Source: Mayamaea pseudoterrestris
Lineage: Eukaryota
Assembly (NCBI GenBank): GCA_027923505.1
Contig: BROI01000013.1
Coordinates: forward strand, 434,001-498,000
Direction of reading: 5' to 3'
Length of the DNA: 64,000 nt
Part shown: positions 9,419 to 21,072 of the stretch, piece by piece
Layout: every line of letters starts with the position of its first letter
How positions within the stretch are numbered: the stretch's first letter is position 1
Translations under genes and position numbers: made by a program
Notes under the pieces: generated by a model
Told to the model about the DNA's origin: nothing
The model's database searches: none
The model's input: the letters and a program-made list of their open reading frames with translations, nothing else

Positions 9419-9948
9419 AGTCTTCAAGGGTGACAGCTCCACCATCAAGCCGTTTGCGGGTGTTCCGAGCAGGTCTGACAAACATGCTACCTGCAGCATG
9501 AGCTATTGGAGCTACTGATGGATCACAACTATGAGCCAGCAAAGGCCTACCACACCGTACTGCACCGCGCACACGCCCTCAACCAAGTGGACAACTATCA
9601 CGACTTCCTCAATTTCCTTCCCTTCTGCACCACCTCAGAAGCAAACAATCAGCCTGCTTCCATTGTGCTGGTGCTCCTGATGATGCAAGCACTTGCAGAG
9701 TAGCCATCACCATCCACCAAGTGTAGCTAGCAGGTTGCAAACAAAAATAGCAACTAAAGCAATATTTTTACTTGTCTTACTGTGGGTGCCTTGTATACAG
9801 CATATAGTACACATGCAGATGGAAAAGTAGCAGCGTGATTAGAGATGATATAGCTGGTTATCCTTGGTTCAATTCTGAGATGCGCTACATATAAAGGCAT
9901 AGTGTTACTACTTTCTGTTGCATACTTGCTATAGCTACCATTGCCCGC

Positions 9949-12900
9949 AAAAATTCAGTCAGTCCCTGTGGCAGAACTTGGAGAATAGATGCGCTAGTGA
10001 TGAATGCATTGCACTTTCTACATGATGAAACAATGTGTGTCAACTGCCAGCTATCAACATGTCCCGTCCCCTCTGGCTGTTGTTGGGTTATGAGGCTTTC
10101 CCTGTGGCAGTACTTGGCAACTATCTTGACAGAAATTGAATGCATTGCACTTTCTACATCATGATACAATGCCTTTCAACTGCCAGATAGCAATTTATAC
10201 CTCTCTGGCTGTTGGAGTGGTTCATGGCAGCCAGCTACTGTGGACAAGCCTGGGGACACAAAATTCTGGCAGTCCCTGTCGCAGAACTTGGAGACTACGT
10301 GGGCTAGTGATAAATGCATTGCACTTTTGACATCATGAAACAATGCCTGTCAACTGCCAGATATCAATTTACACCTCACTGGCCATTGGAGAGGGTCATG
10401 GCAGCCAGCTACTGTGGGCAAGCCTGGGGACACGAAATTCAGGCGGTCCTACAGGCAGAACTTGGAGACTACATGAGCTAGTGATGAATGCATTGCACTT
10501 TTGACATCATGAAACAATGCTTGTCAACTGCCAGCTATCAATTTACACCCCTCTGGCTGTTGAAGTAGGTTATGGCAGCCAGCTACCGTGGACAAGCCTG
10601 GGGCCACGAAATTCTGGTGGTCCCACAGGCAGAACTTGGAGACTACATGAGCTAGTGATGAATGCATTGCATTTTTGACATCATGAAACATTGTTTGTCA
10701 ACTGCCACCTATCAATTTACACCTCTCTGGCTGTTGGAGTGGGTCATGGCAGCCAGCTACTGTGGGCAAGCCTGGGGACACAAAATTCTGGCAGTCCCTG
10801 TCACAGCACGTAGAGACTACATGGGCTATATTGACTGCATTGCATTTTTGACATCATGATACAATGCCTGTCAACTGCCAGCTATCAATTTACACCTCAC
10901 TGGGCATTGGAGAGGGTCATGGCAGCCAGCTACTGTGGACAAGCCTGGGGACACGAAATTCTGGTGGTCCTACAGGCAGTACTTGGAGACTACATGGGCT
11001 AGTGATGAAAGCATTGCATTTTTGACATCATGAAACAATGCCTGTCAACTGCCACCTATCAATTTTCACCCCTCTGGCTGTTGGAGTGGGTTATGGCAGC
11101 CAGCTACTGTGGACAAGCCTGGGGACACGAAATTCTGGCAGTCACTGTCGCAGCACTTGGAGACTACATGGGCTAGTGATGAAAGCATTGCACTTTTGAC
11201 ATCATGAAACAATGCCTGTCAACTGCCAGTTAGCAATTTACACCTCTCTGGCTGCTGAAGTGGGTTATGGCAGCCAGCTACTGCGGACAAGCCTGGGGAC
11301 ACAAAATCTGGCAGTCCCTGCGGCAAAACATTGAGACTACATGGGCTAGTGATGAATGCATTGCGTTTTTGAAATCATGAATAAATGCTTGTCAACTGCC
11401 AGCTATCAATTTACACCTCTCTGGCTGTTGGAGTGGGTCATGGCAGCCAGCTACTGTGGGCAAGCCTGGGGACACAAAATTCTGGCAGTCCCTGTCGCAG
11501 AATGTGGAGACAACAAGGGCTATATTGGATGCATTGCACTATTGACATCATGAAACAATGCTTGTCAACTGCCAGCTATCAATTTACACCTCTCTGGCTG
11601 TTGAAATAGGTTATGGCAGCCAGCTACTGTGGACAAGCCTGGGGACACGAAATTCTGGCAGTCCCTGTCGCAGAACTTGGAGACTACATGGGCTAGTGAT
11701 GAATGCATTGCACTTTTGACATCATGAAACATCGCCTGTCAACTGCCAGCTATCAATTTACACCACTCTGGCTGTTGAAGTAGGTTATGGCAGCCAGCTA
11801 CTGTGGACAAGCCTGGGGACATGATATTCTGGCAGTCCCTGTCGCAGAACTTGGAGACTACATGGGCTATATTGGATGCATTGCACTATTGACATCATGA
11901 AACAATGCCTGTCAACTGCCAGCTATCAATTTACACCTCTCTGGCTGCTGGAGTGGGTTATGGCAGCCAGCTACTGCGGACAAGCCTGGGGACACAAAAT
12001 TATGGCAGTCCCTGTTGCAGAACTTGGAGACTGCATGGGCTAGTGATCAATGCATTGCACTTGAAACATCGCCTGTCAACTGCCAGCTATCAATTTACAC
12101 CACTCTGGCTGTTGAAGTAGGTTATGGCAGCCAGCTACTGTGGACAAGCCTGGGGACATGATATTCTGGCAGTCCCTGTCGCAGAACTTGGAGACTACAT
12201 GGGCTATATTGGATGCATTGCACTATTGACATCATGAAACAATGCCTGTCAACTGCCAGCTATCAATTTACACCTCTCTGGCTGCTGGAGTGGGTTATGG
12301 CAGCCAGCTACTGCGGACAAGCCTGGGGACACAAAATTATGGCAGTCCCTGTTGCAGAACTTGGAGACTGCATGGGCTAGTGATCAATGCATTGCACTAT
12401 TGACATCATGAAACAATGCCTGTCAACTGCCAGCTATCAATTTACACCTCACTGGCCATTGGAGAGGGTTATGGCAGCCAGCTACTGTGGACAAGCCTGG
12501 GGACATGAAATTCTAGCAGTCCCTGTCACAGAACTTGGAAACTACATGGGCTAGTGATGAAAGCATTGCACTTTTGACATCATGAAACAATGCCTGTCAA
12601 CTGCCAGCTATCAATTTACACCTCACTGGCCATTGGAGAGGGTCATGGCAGCCAGCTACTGTGGACAAGCCTGGGGACACGAAATTCTGGCAGTCCCTGT
12701 CGCAGAACTTGGAGACTACATGGGCTAGTGATGAAAGCATTACACTTTTGACATCATGAAACAATGCCTGTCAACTGCCAGCTATCAGTTTACACCTCAC
12801 TGGCCATTGGAGAGGGTCATGGCAGCCAGCTACTGTGGACAAGCCTGGGGACACGAAATTCTGGCAGTCCCTGCGGCAAAACATTGAGACTACATGGGCT

Positions 12901-15900
12901 AGTGATGAATGCATTGCGTTTTTGACATCATGAAACAATGCTTGTCAACTGCCAGCTATCAATTTACACCTCTCTGGCTGTTGGAGTGGGTCATGGCAGC
13001 CAGCTACTGTGGGCAAGCCTGGGGACACTGAAAGCATTGCACTTTTGACATCATGAAACAATGCCTGTCAACTGCCAGCTATCAATTTACACCTCACTGG
13101 CCATTGGAGAGGGTCATGGCAGCCAGCTACTGTGGACAAGCCTGGGGACACGAAATTCTGGCAGTCCCTGTCGCAGAACTTGGAGACTACATGGGCTAGT
13201 GATGAAAGCATTACACTTTTGACATCATGAAACAATGCCTGTCAACTGCCAGCTATCAGTTTACACCTCACTGGCCATTGGAGAGGGTCATGGCAGCCAG
13301 CTACTGTGGACAAGCCTGGGGACACGAAATTCTGGCAGTCCCTGCGGCAAAACATTGAGACTACATGGGCTAGTGATGAATGCATTGCGTTTTTGACATC
13401 ATGAAACAATGCTTGTCAACTGCCAGCTATCAATTTACACCTCTCTGGCTGTTGGAGTGGGTCATGGCAGCCAGCTACTGTGGGCAAGCCTGGGGACACG
13501 ATATCGCAGAACGTGGAGACTACATGGGATATATTGACTGCATTGCATTTTTGCCATCATGAAACAATGCTTGACAACTGCCAGTTATCAATTTACACCT
13601 CTCTGGCTGTTGAAATAGGTTATGGCAGCCAGCTACTGTGGACAAGCCTGGGGACACGAAATTCTGGCAGTCCCTGCGGCAAAACATTGAGACTACATGG
13701 GCTAGTGATGAATGTATTGCGTTTTTGACATCATGAAAGAAAGCTTGTCGACTGCCAGCTATCAATTTACACCTCTCTGGCTGTTGGAGTGGGTCATGGC
13801 AGCCAGCTACTGTGGGCAAGCCTGGGGACACAAAATTCTGGCAGTCCTTGTCACAGAACGTGGAGACTACATGGGCTATATTGACTGCATTGCATTTTTG
13901 ACATCATGAAACAATGCTTGTCAACTGCCAGCTATCAATTTACACCACTCTGGCTGTTAAAATAGGTTATGGCAGCCAGCTACTGTGGACAAGCCTGGGG
14001 ACACAAAATTCTGGCCATCCCTGTCACAGAACTTGGAGACTACATGGGCTTTATTGACTGCATTGCTCTTTTGACATCATTAAACAATGCCTGGCAACTG
14101 CCAGCTATCAGTTTACACCTCACTGGCCATTGGAGAGGGTCATGGCAGCCAGCTACTGTGGACAAGCCTGGGGACATGAATTTCTGGCAGTCCCTGTCGC
14201 AGAACTTGGAGACTACATGGGCTAGTGATGAATGCATTGCACTTTTGACATCATTGAAACATTGCCTGTCAACTACCAGCTATCAATTTACACCTCTCTG
14301 GCTGTTGAAGTAGGTTATGGCAGCCAGCTACTGTGGACAAGCCTGGGGACATGAAATTCTGGCAGTCCCTGTTGCAGAACTTGGAGACTACATGGGCTAG
14401 TGATCAATGCATTGCACTTTTGACATCATGAAACATTGCCTGTCAACTGCCAGCTATCAATTTACACCTCTCTGGCTGCTTGAGTGGGTTATGGCAGCCA
14501 GCTACTGTGGACAAGCCTGGGGACACAAAATCTGGCAGTCCCTGTCACAGAACTTGGAGACTACATGGGCTAGTGATCAATGCATTGCACTATTGACATC
14601 ATGAAACAATGCCTGCCAACTGCCAGCTATCAATTTACACCTCACTGGCCATTGGAGAGGGTTATGGCAGCCAGCTACTGTGGACAAGCCTGGGGACATG
14701 AAATTCTAGCAGTCCCTGTCACAGAACTTGGAAACTACATGGGCTACTGATGAAAGCATTGCACTTTTGACATCATGAAATTATGCCTGTCAACTGCCAG
14801 CTATCAATTTACACCTCTCTGACTGTTGCATTGGTTTATGGCAGCCAGCTACTGAGGACAAGCCTGGGGACACGAAATTCTGGCAGTCCCTGTCGCAGAA
14901 CTTGGAGACTACATGGGCTAGTGATCAATGCATTGCATTTTTGACATCATGAAACAATGCCTGTCAACTGCCAGCTATCAATTTACACCTCTCTGGCTGT
15001 TGGAGTGGGTTATGGCAGCCAGCTACTGTGGACAAGCCTGGGGACACGAAATTCTGGCAGTCCCTGTGGCAGAACTTGGAGACTACATGAGCTAGTGATG
15101 AATGCATAGCACTCTTGACATCATGAAACAATGCCTGTCAACTGCCAGCAATCAATTTACACCTCTCTGGCTGTTGAGGGGTTAGTGGCAGCCAGCTACT
15201 GTGGACAAGCCTGGTCTGGCAGTCCCTGTCACAGAACTTGGAGACTACATGGGCTAGTGATGAATGCATTGCACTTTTGATATCAAGAAACAATGCCTGT
15301 GAACTGCCAGCTATCAATTTACACACTCTCTGGCTGTTGGAGTGGGATAGCCAGCTACTGTGACAAGCCTGGGGACACGGAATTCTCCAGTCCCTGTCGC
15401 AGAACTGAGACTACATGGGCTAGTGATATGCATTGCCTTTTGACATCATGAAACAATGCCTGTCAACTGCCAGCTATTCGTTATCCCCTCACTGGCCATT
15501 GGAGAGGGTCATGGCAGTCAGCTACTGTGGGCAAGCCTGGGGACATGAAATTCTGGCAGTCCCTGTCGCCGAACTTGGAGACTACATGGGCTAGTGATGA
15601 AAGCATTGCACTTTTGACATCATGACACAATGCCTGTCAACTGCCAGCTATCAATTTACACCTCTCTGGCTGCTGGAGTGGGTTATGGCAGCCAGCTACT
15701 GCGGACAAGCCTGGGGACATGGAATTCTGGCAGTCCCTGTCGCAGAACTTGGAGACCACATGGGCTATATTGACTGCATTGCTTTTTTGAAATCATGAAA
15801 ACAATGCCTGTCAACTGCCAGCTATCAATTTACACTTCCTGGCTGTTGGAGTGGGTTATTTCAGCCAGTGTCTGTGGACAAGCCAGGAGCCACGAAATTC

Positions 15901-18900
15901 AGGCGGTCCTACAGGCAGAACTTGGAGACTACATGGGCTAGTGATGAAAGCATTACACTTTTGCCATCATGAAACAATGCCTGTCAACTGCCAGCTATCA
16001 GTTTACACCTCACTGGCCATTGGAGAGGGTCATGGCAGCCAGCTACTGTGGACAAGCCTGGGGACATGAAATTCTGGCAGTCCCTGTCGCCGAACTTGGA
16101 GACTACATGGGCTAGTGATGAAAGCATTGCACTTTTGACATCATGACACAATGCCTGTCAACTGCCAGCTATCAATTTACACCTCTCTGGCTGCTGGAGT
16201 GGGTTATGGCAGCCAGCTACTGTGGACAAGCCTAAAGACATGAAATTCTGGCAGTCCCTGTTGCTGAACTTGGAGACTACATGGGCTAGTGATGAATGCA
16301 TTAATTTTTTGACATCATGAAACAATGCTTGTCAACTGCCAGCTATCAATTTACACCTCTCTGGCTGTTGGAGTGGGTCATGGCAGCCAGCTACTGTGGG
16401 CAAGCCTGGGGACACGAAATTCTGGCAGTCCCTGTCGCAGAACTTGGAGACTACATGGGCTAGTGATGAATGCATTGCGTTTTTGACATCATGAAACAAT
16501 GCTTGTCAACTGCCAGCTATCAATTTACACCTTGCTGGCCGTTGTAGAGGGTCAAGGCAGCCAGCTACTGTGGACAAGCCTGGGGACACGAAATTCTGGC
16601 AGTCCCTGTCTCAGATCTTGGAGCTTACATGGGCTAATGATGAATGAGTTGCACTTTTGACATCATGAAACAATGCCTGTCAACTGCCAGCTATCAATTT
16701 ACACCTCTCTGGCTGTCGGAGTGGGTTATGGCAGCCAGCTACTGTGGACAAGCCTGGGGACACGAAATTCTGGCAGTCCCTGTCGCAGAACTTGGAGACT
16801 ACATGGGCTAGTGTTGAATGCATTGCACTTTTGACATCATGAAACAATGCCTGTCAACTGCCAGCTATCAATTTACACCTCTCTGGCTGTTGGAGTGGGT
16901 TATGGCAGCCAGCTACTGTGGACAAGCCTGGGGACACGAAATTCTGGCAGTCCCTGTCGCAGAACTTGGAGACTACATGGGCTAGTGATGAATGCATTGC
17001 ACTTTTGACATCATGAAACAATGCCTGTCAACTGCCAGCTATCAATTTACACCTCTCTGGCTGTTGAAGTAGGTTATGGCAGCCAGCTACCGTGGACAAG
17101 CCTGGGGACACAAAATTATGGCAGTCCCTGTTGCAGAACTTGGAGACTACATGGGCTAGTGATGAATGCATTGCACTTTTGACATCATGAAACAATGCCT
17201 GTCAACTGCCAGCTATCAATTTACACCTCTCTGGCTGTTGGAGTGGGTTATGGCAGCCAGCTACTGTGGACAAGCCTGGGGACACAAAATTCTGGCAGTC
17301 CCTGTCGCAGAACTTGGAGACTACATGGGCTAGTGATCAATGCATTGCACTTTTGACATCATGAAACAATGCCTGCCAACTGCCAGCTATCAATTTACAC
17401 CTCACTGGCCATTGGAGAGGGTTATGGCAGCCAGCTACTGTGGACAAGCCTGGGGACACAAAATTCTGGCAGTCCCTGTCGCAGAACTTGGAGACTACAT
17501 GGGCTAGTGATGAAAGCAGTGCACTTTTGACACCATGAAAAAATGCTTGTTAACTGCCAGCTATCAATTTACACCTCTCTGGCTGTTGAAATAGGTTATG
17601 GCAGCCAGCTACTGTGGACAAGCCTGGGGACACAAAATTCTGGCAGTCCCTGTCGCAGAACTTGGAGACTACATGGGCTATATTGACTGCATTGCTTTTT
17701 TGACATCATGAAACAATGCCTGTCAACTGCCAGATATCAATTTACACCTCACTGGCTGTTGGAGTGGGTCATGGCAGCCAGCTACTGTGGGCAAGCCTGG
17801 GGACAATTTCACTCAGTTGATTTGCATGTCTCGTGCAGTATTACACCTCGGCTGTTGAGTGGCAGCCACTGTGGCGAAATTCTGGCAGTCCCTGTGGCAG
17901 AACTTGGAGACTACATGGGCTAGAGATGAATGCTTCGCACTTTCTGCATCACGAAACAATGCCTGTCAACTGCAAGCTATCAAGTTATACCTCACTGGCC
18001 GTTGAAGTGGGTCATGGCAGCCAGCTACTGTGGACAAGCCTGGGGACACGAAATTCTGGCAGTCCCTGTCGCAGAACTTGGAGACTACATGGGCTAGTGA
18101 TGAATGCATTGCACTTTTGACATCATGAAACATTGCCTGTCAACTGCCAGCTATCAGTTTACACCTCACTGGCCATTGGAGAGGGTCATGGCAGCCAGCT
18201 ACTGTGGACAAGCCTGGGGACATGAATTTCTGGCAGTCCCTGTCGCAGAACTTGGAGACTACATGGGCTAGTGATGAATGCATTGCACTTTTGACATCAT
18301 TGAAACATTGCCTGTCAACTACCAGCTATCAATTTACACCTCTCTGGCTGTTGAAATAGGTTATGGCAGCCAGCTACTGTGGACAAGCCTGGGGACAAGA
18401 ATTTCTGGCAGTCCCTGTCGCAGAACTTGGAGACTACATGGGCTAGTGATGGATGCATTGCACTTTTGACATCATGAAACAATGCCTGTCAACTGCCAGC
18501 TATCAGTTTACACCTCACTGGCCATTGGAGAGGGTCATGGCAGCCAGCTACTGTGGACAAGCCTGGGGACACAAAGTTCTGGCAGTCTCCGAACACATGG
18601 GCTAGTGATCAATGGATTTTGACATCATGAAACATTGCTTGTCAACTGCCACTTATCAATTTACACCTCTCTGGCTGTTGGAGTGGGTCATGGCAGCCAG
18701 CTACTGTGGGCAAACCTGGGGACACGAAATTCTGGCAGTCCCTGTTGCAGAACGTGGAGACTACATGGGCTATATTGACTGCATCGCATTTTTGACATCA
18801 TGAAACAATGCCTGTCAACTGCCAGCTATCAGTTTACACCTCACTGGCTGTTGGAGTGGGTCATGGCAGCCAGCTACTGTGGGCAAGCCTGGGGACACGA

Positions 18901-19920
18901 AATTCTGGCAGTCCCTGTCGCAGAACGTGAAGACTACATGGGCTAGTGATGAAAACATTGCACTTTTGACATCATGAAACTATGCCTGTCAACTGCCAGC
19001 TATCAATTTACACCTCTCTGGCTGTTGCATTGGTTTTTGGCAGCCAGCTACTGTGGACACGCCTGGGGACACGAAATTCTGGCAGTCCCTGTCGCAGAAC
19101 TTGGAGACTACATGGGCTAGTGATCAATGCATTGCACTTTTGACATCATGAAACATTGCCTGTCAACTGCCAGCTATCAATTTACACCACTCTGGCTGTT
19201 GCATTGGGTTATGGCAGCCAGCTACTGTGGACAAGCCTGGGGACACGAAATTCTGGCAGTCCCTGTTGCCGAACTTGGAGACTACATGGGCTAGTGATCA
19301 ATGCATTGCATTTTTGACATCATGAAACATTGCTTGTCAACTGCCACTTATCAATTTACACCTCTCTGGCTGTTGGAGTGGGTCATGGCAGCCAGCTACT
19401 GTGGACAAGCCTGGGGACACGAAATTCTGGCAGTCCCTGTTGCCGAACTTGGAGACTACATGGGCTAGTGATCAATGCATTGCATTTTTGACATCATGAA
19501 ACATTGCTTGTCAACTGCCACTTATCAATTTACACCTCTCTGGCTGTTGGAGTGGGTCATGGCAGCCAGCTACTGTGGGCAAACCTGGGGACACGAAATT
19601 CTGGCAGTCCCTGTCGCAGAACGTGGAGACATCATGGGTTATATTGACTGCATTGCATTTTTGACATCATGAAACAATGCCTTTCAACTGCCATCTATCA
19701 ATGTATCCCTCTCTGGCCTCAGGAGTAAGTTATGGCAGGCAGCTGCTGTGGACAAGCCTAGGACCATAAATTCAGGCAGCCCTATGGCAGGAGACTTGGC
19801 AACTCAATGGACCAGAGACAATTACATTGCACTTTCTACATCATGTCATAATGCCTTTCATCTGCCAGGTATTAATTTGGCTCAGCAGGCAATGCTGGAC
19901 TATCCCTGATACAAGCTGTG
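9949..19920. repeat. Tandem satellite B: 174-bp monomer, roughly 57 copies, degenerate at both edges
   Basis: GACATCATGA recurs at 10329, 10503, 10677, 10850, 11024 and onward; shared core ...CTGTCAACTGCCAGCTATCAATTTACACC...GGCAGCCAGCTACTGTGGACAAGCCTGGGGACA... Confidence 0.98.
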
Positions 19921-20065
19921 TACGTCGCGCCCTGCAAGTTTTAAACCTGTGCGACATTCGAGCTGGATTAATGACGCGCGCGGATCTGATTCTTGCAGCA
20001 TTTCCTGTTTCCTGACAAACACTCAAGCTTTGCGTAATACAAACACTATTTTACACATATACAGG

Positions 20066-20902
20066 ATGCGAATACCCAGCAGTCACGCAAGGCAAATCGA
20101 TTTTGCACCCGCGGCAAAGCTGTTTACCACGGGAAGCATTGTCGGAACTCTGGTTGATTCGCTCCACAACCAATGCTTGCTCGAATACCACTTTTGTCCA
20201 TTGATCATTGATAATCACTTTTCGGAATCAACTGGCCGCGACCATTTGCTTGCTTCGAGTTGGGTCGTGCCGCCATTGCTTGGAGTGGCATATGTGGTTC
20301 TGGGAAGCGTGTTACCTCGATTCGTTGAGTTCGGCCTTGAGCGAATTGAAATGACAAGGCAGATGAATCATATAGTCGCGGCAACGATGAGCGACTCAAA
20401 GAAGCAAATGAAGAAAACATTGCTACCTGTTTCTTCTGAATCATCATCAAAATCAGTCGGTATACGAGCCGCTTATGCCGTTGTGACGACTGCCATGCTC
20501 ATCAAGTTGTCATCCTACTTGGAGGTTTCATCCACTCCACATGGACAAGAAATCTTAATATTACTCGCGCTACTGCAATGGGCCGTCTTGGACGGAAGTC
20601 TATCATCCTTGTTAGTGGCAACTCTGGCGAGCATTGGCGGTCCGTTGGCGGAACTACCCTTTGTCGGCCACGAAATATGGACCTACCTTCCGACGGCTGC
20701 CGACTACTTTCCACTGCAGAATCTTACAGTCGAAAATACTGGCGTGAACACTGTCATTCAAACCATACTCGGAACGAATAACTATCAAAGCTTGGCACTG
20801 GCTAGCATCACTGGTCCTTGCTACTTTGCCGTGACCATGGATGCGATTGCTTGTGGACGAGCGTTTTCAATTGACACTGAGAACGACGCTGCTGCTATCT
20901 GA
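20066..20902 (+). CDS. Multi-pass membrane protein, INSIG-like algal/plant family; start uncertain (ATG 20066 is preceded by an acceptor-like TACAG)
   Basis: GTLVDSLH, WVVPPLLG, W..LDGS..SLLVA.LASIGGPLAE motifs; several hydrophobic helices. Confidence 0.6.
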   Translation: MRIPSSHARQIDFAPAAKLFTTGSIVGTLVDSLHNQCLLEYHFCPLIIDNHFSESTGRDHLLASSWVVPPLLGVAYVVLGSVLPRFVEFGLERIEMTRQMNHIVAATMSDSKKQMKKTLLPVSSESSSKSVGIRAAYAVVTTAMLIKLSSYLEVSSTPHGQEILILLALLQWAVLDGSLSSLLVATLASIGGPLAELPFVGHEIWTYLPTAADYFPLQNLTVENTGVNTVIQTILGTNNYQSLALASITGPCYFAVTMDAIACGRAFSIDTENDAAAI

Positions 20903-21072
20903 CGAAGACATTGAAGTAAACTCACTAATGTAAATGATATCTGCTTATGTTTGTTGCTAATACATTTGAGTATTATATTGCGCATGTAAAATTTATCTGA
21001 GAGCAATGTACTGAAGCATGCTGTTGCATATAAAAACATCCATCCATATTATCCTTTTTAACAATTTCATAT

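Noticed and set aside
10326..10333. TTGACA in satellite B monomers as a bacterial -35 box
   Set aside because: No matched -10 box, and the context is a eukaryotic repeat
7021..10500. Common origin of satellites A and B
   Set aside because: Only short shared words (TGCCAGC, TGGCTG, GAGACT) with inconsistent spacing; not supportable by eye
15150..15500. Cluster of small deletions in satellite B monomers
   Set aside because: The pattern is typical of unpolished long-read error; cannot be called biological without reads
17805..17876. Apparently unique insert within satellite B
   Set aside because: It is a collapsed, deletion-riddled monomer (TTACACCTC, GGCTGTTG, GGCAGCCA, CTGTGG in order); likely a low-quality read segment
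7059..19672. Many short ORFs inside both satellites (periods are multiples of 3)
   Set aside because: The frames checked have recurrent stops, indels among copies are not frame-preserving, and no protein motif is recognisable
7021..19920. CRISPR array interpretation of the regularly spaced palindromes
   Set aside because: The sequences between the palindromes are themselves repeated, not unique spacers; no cas genes; eukaryotic context
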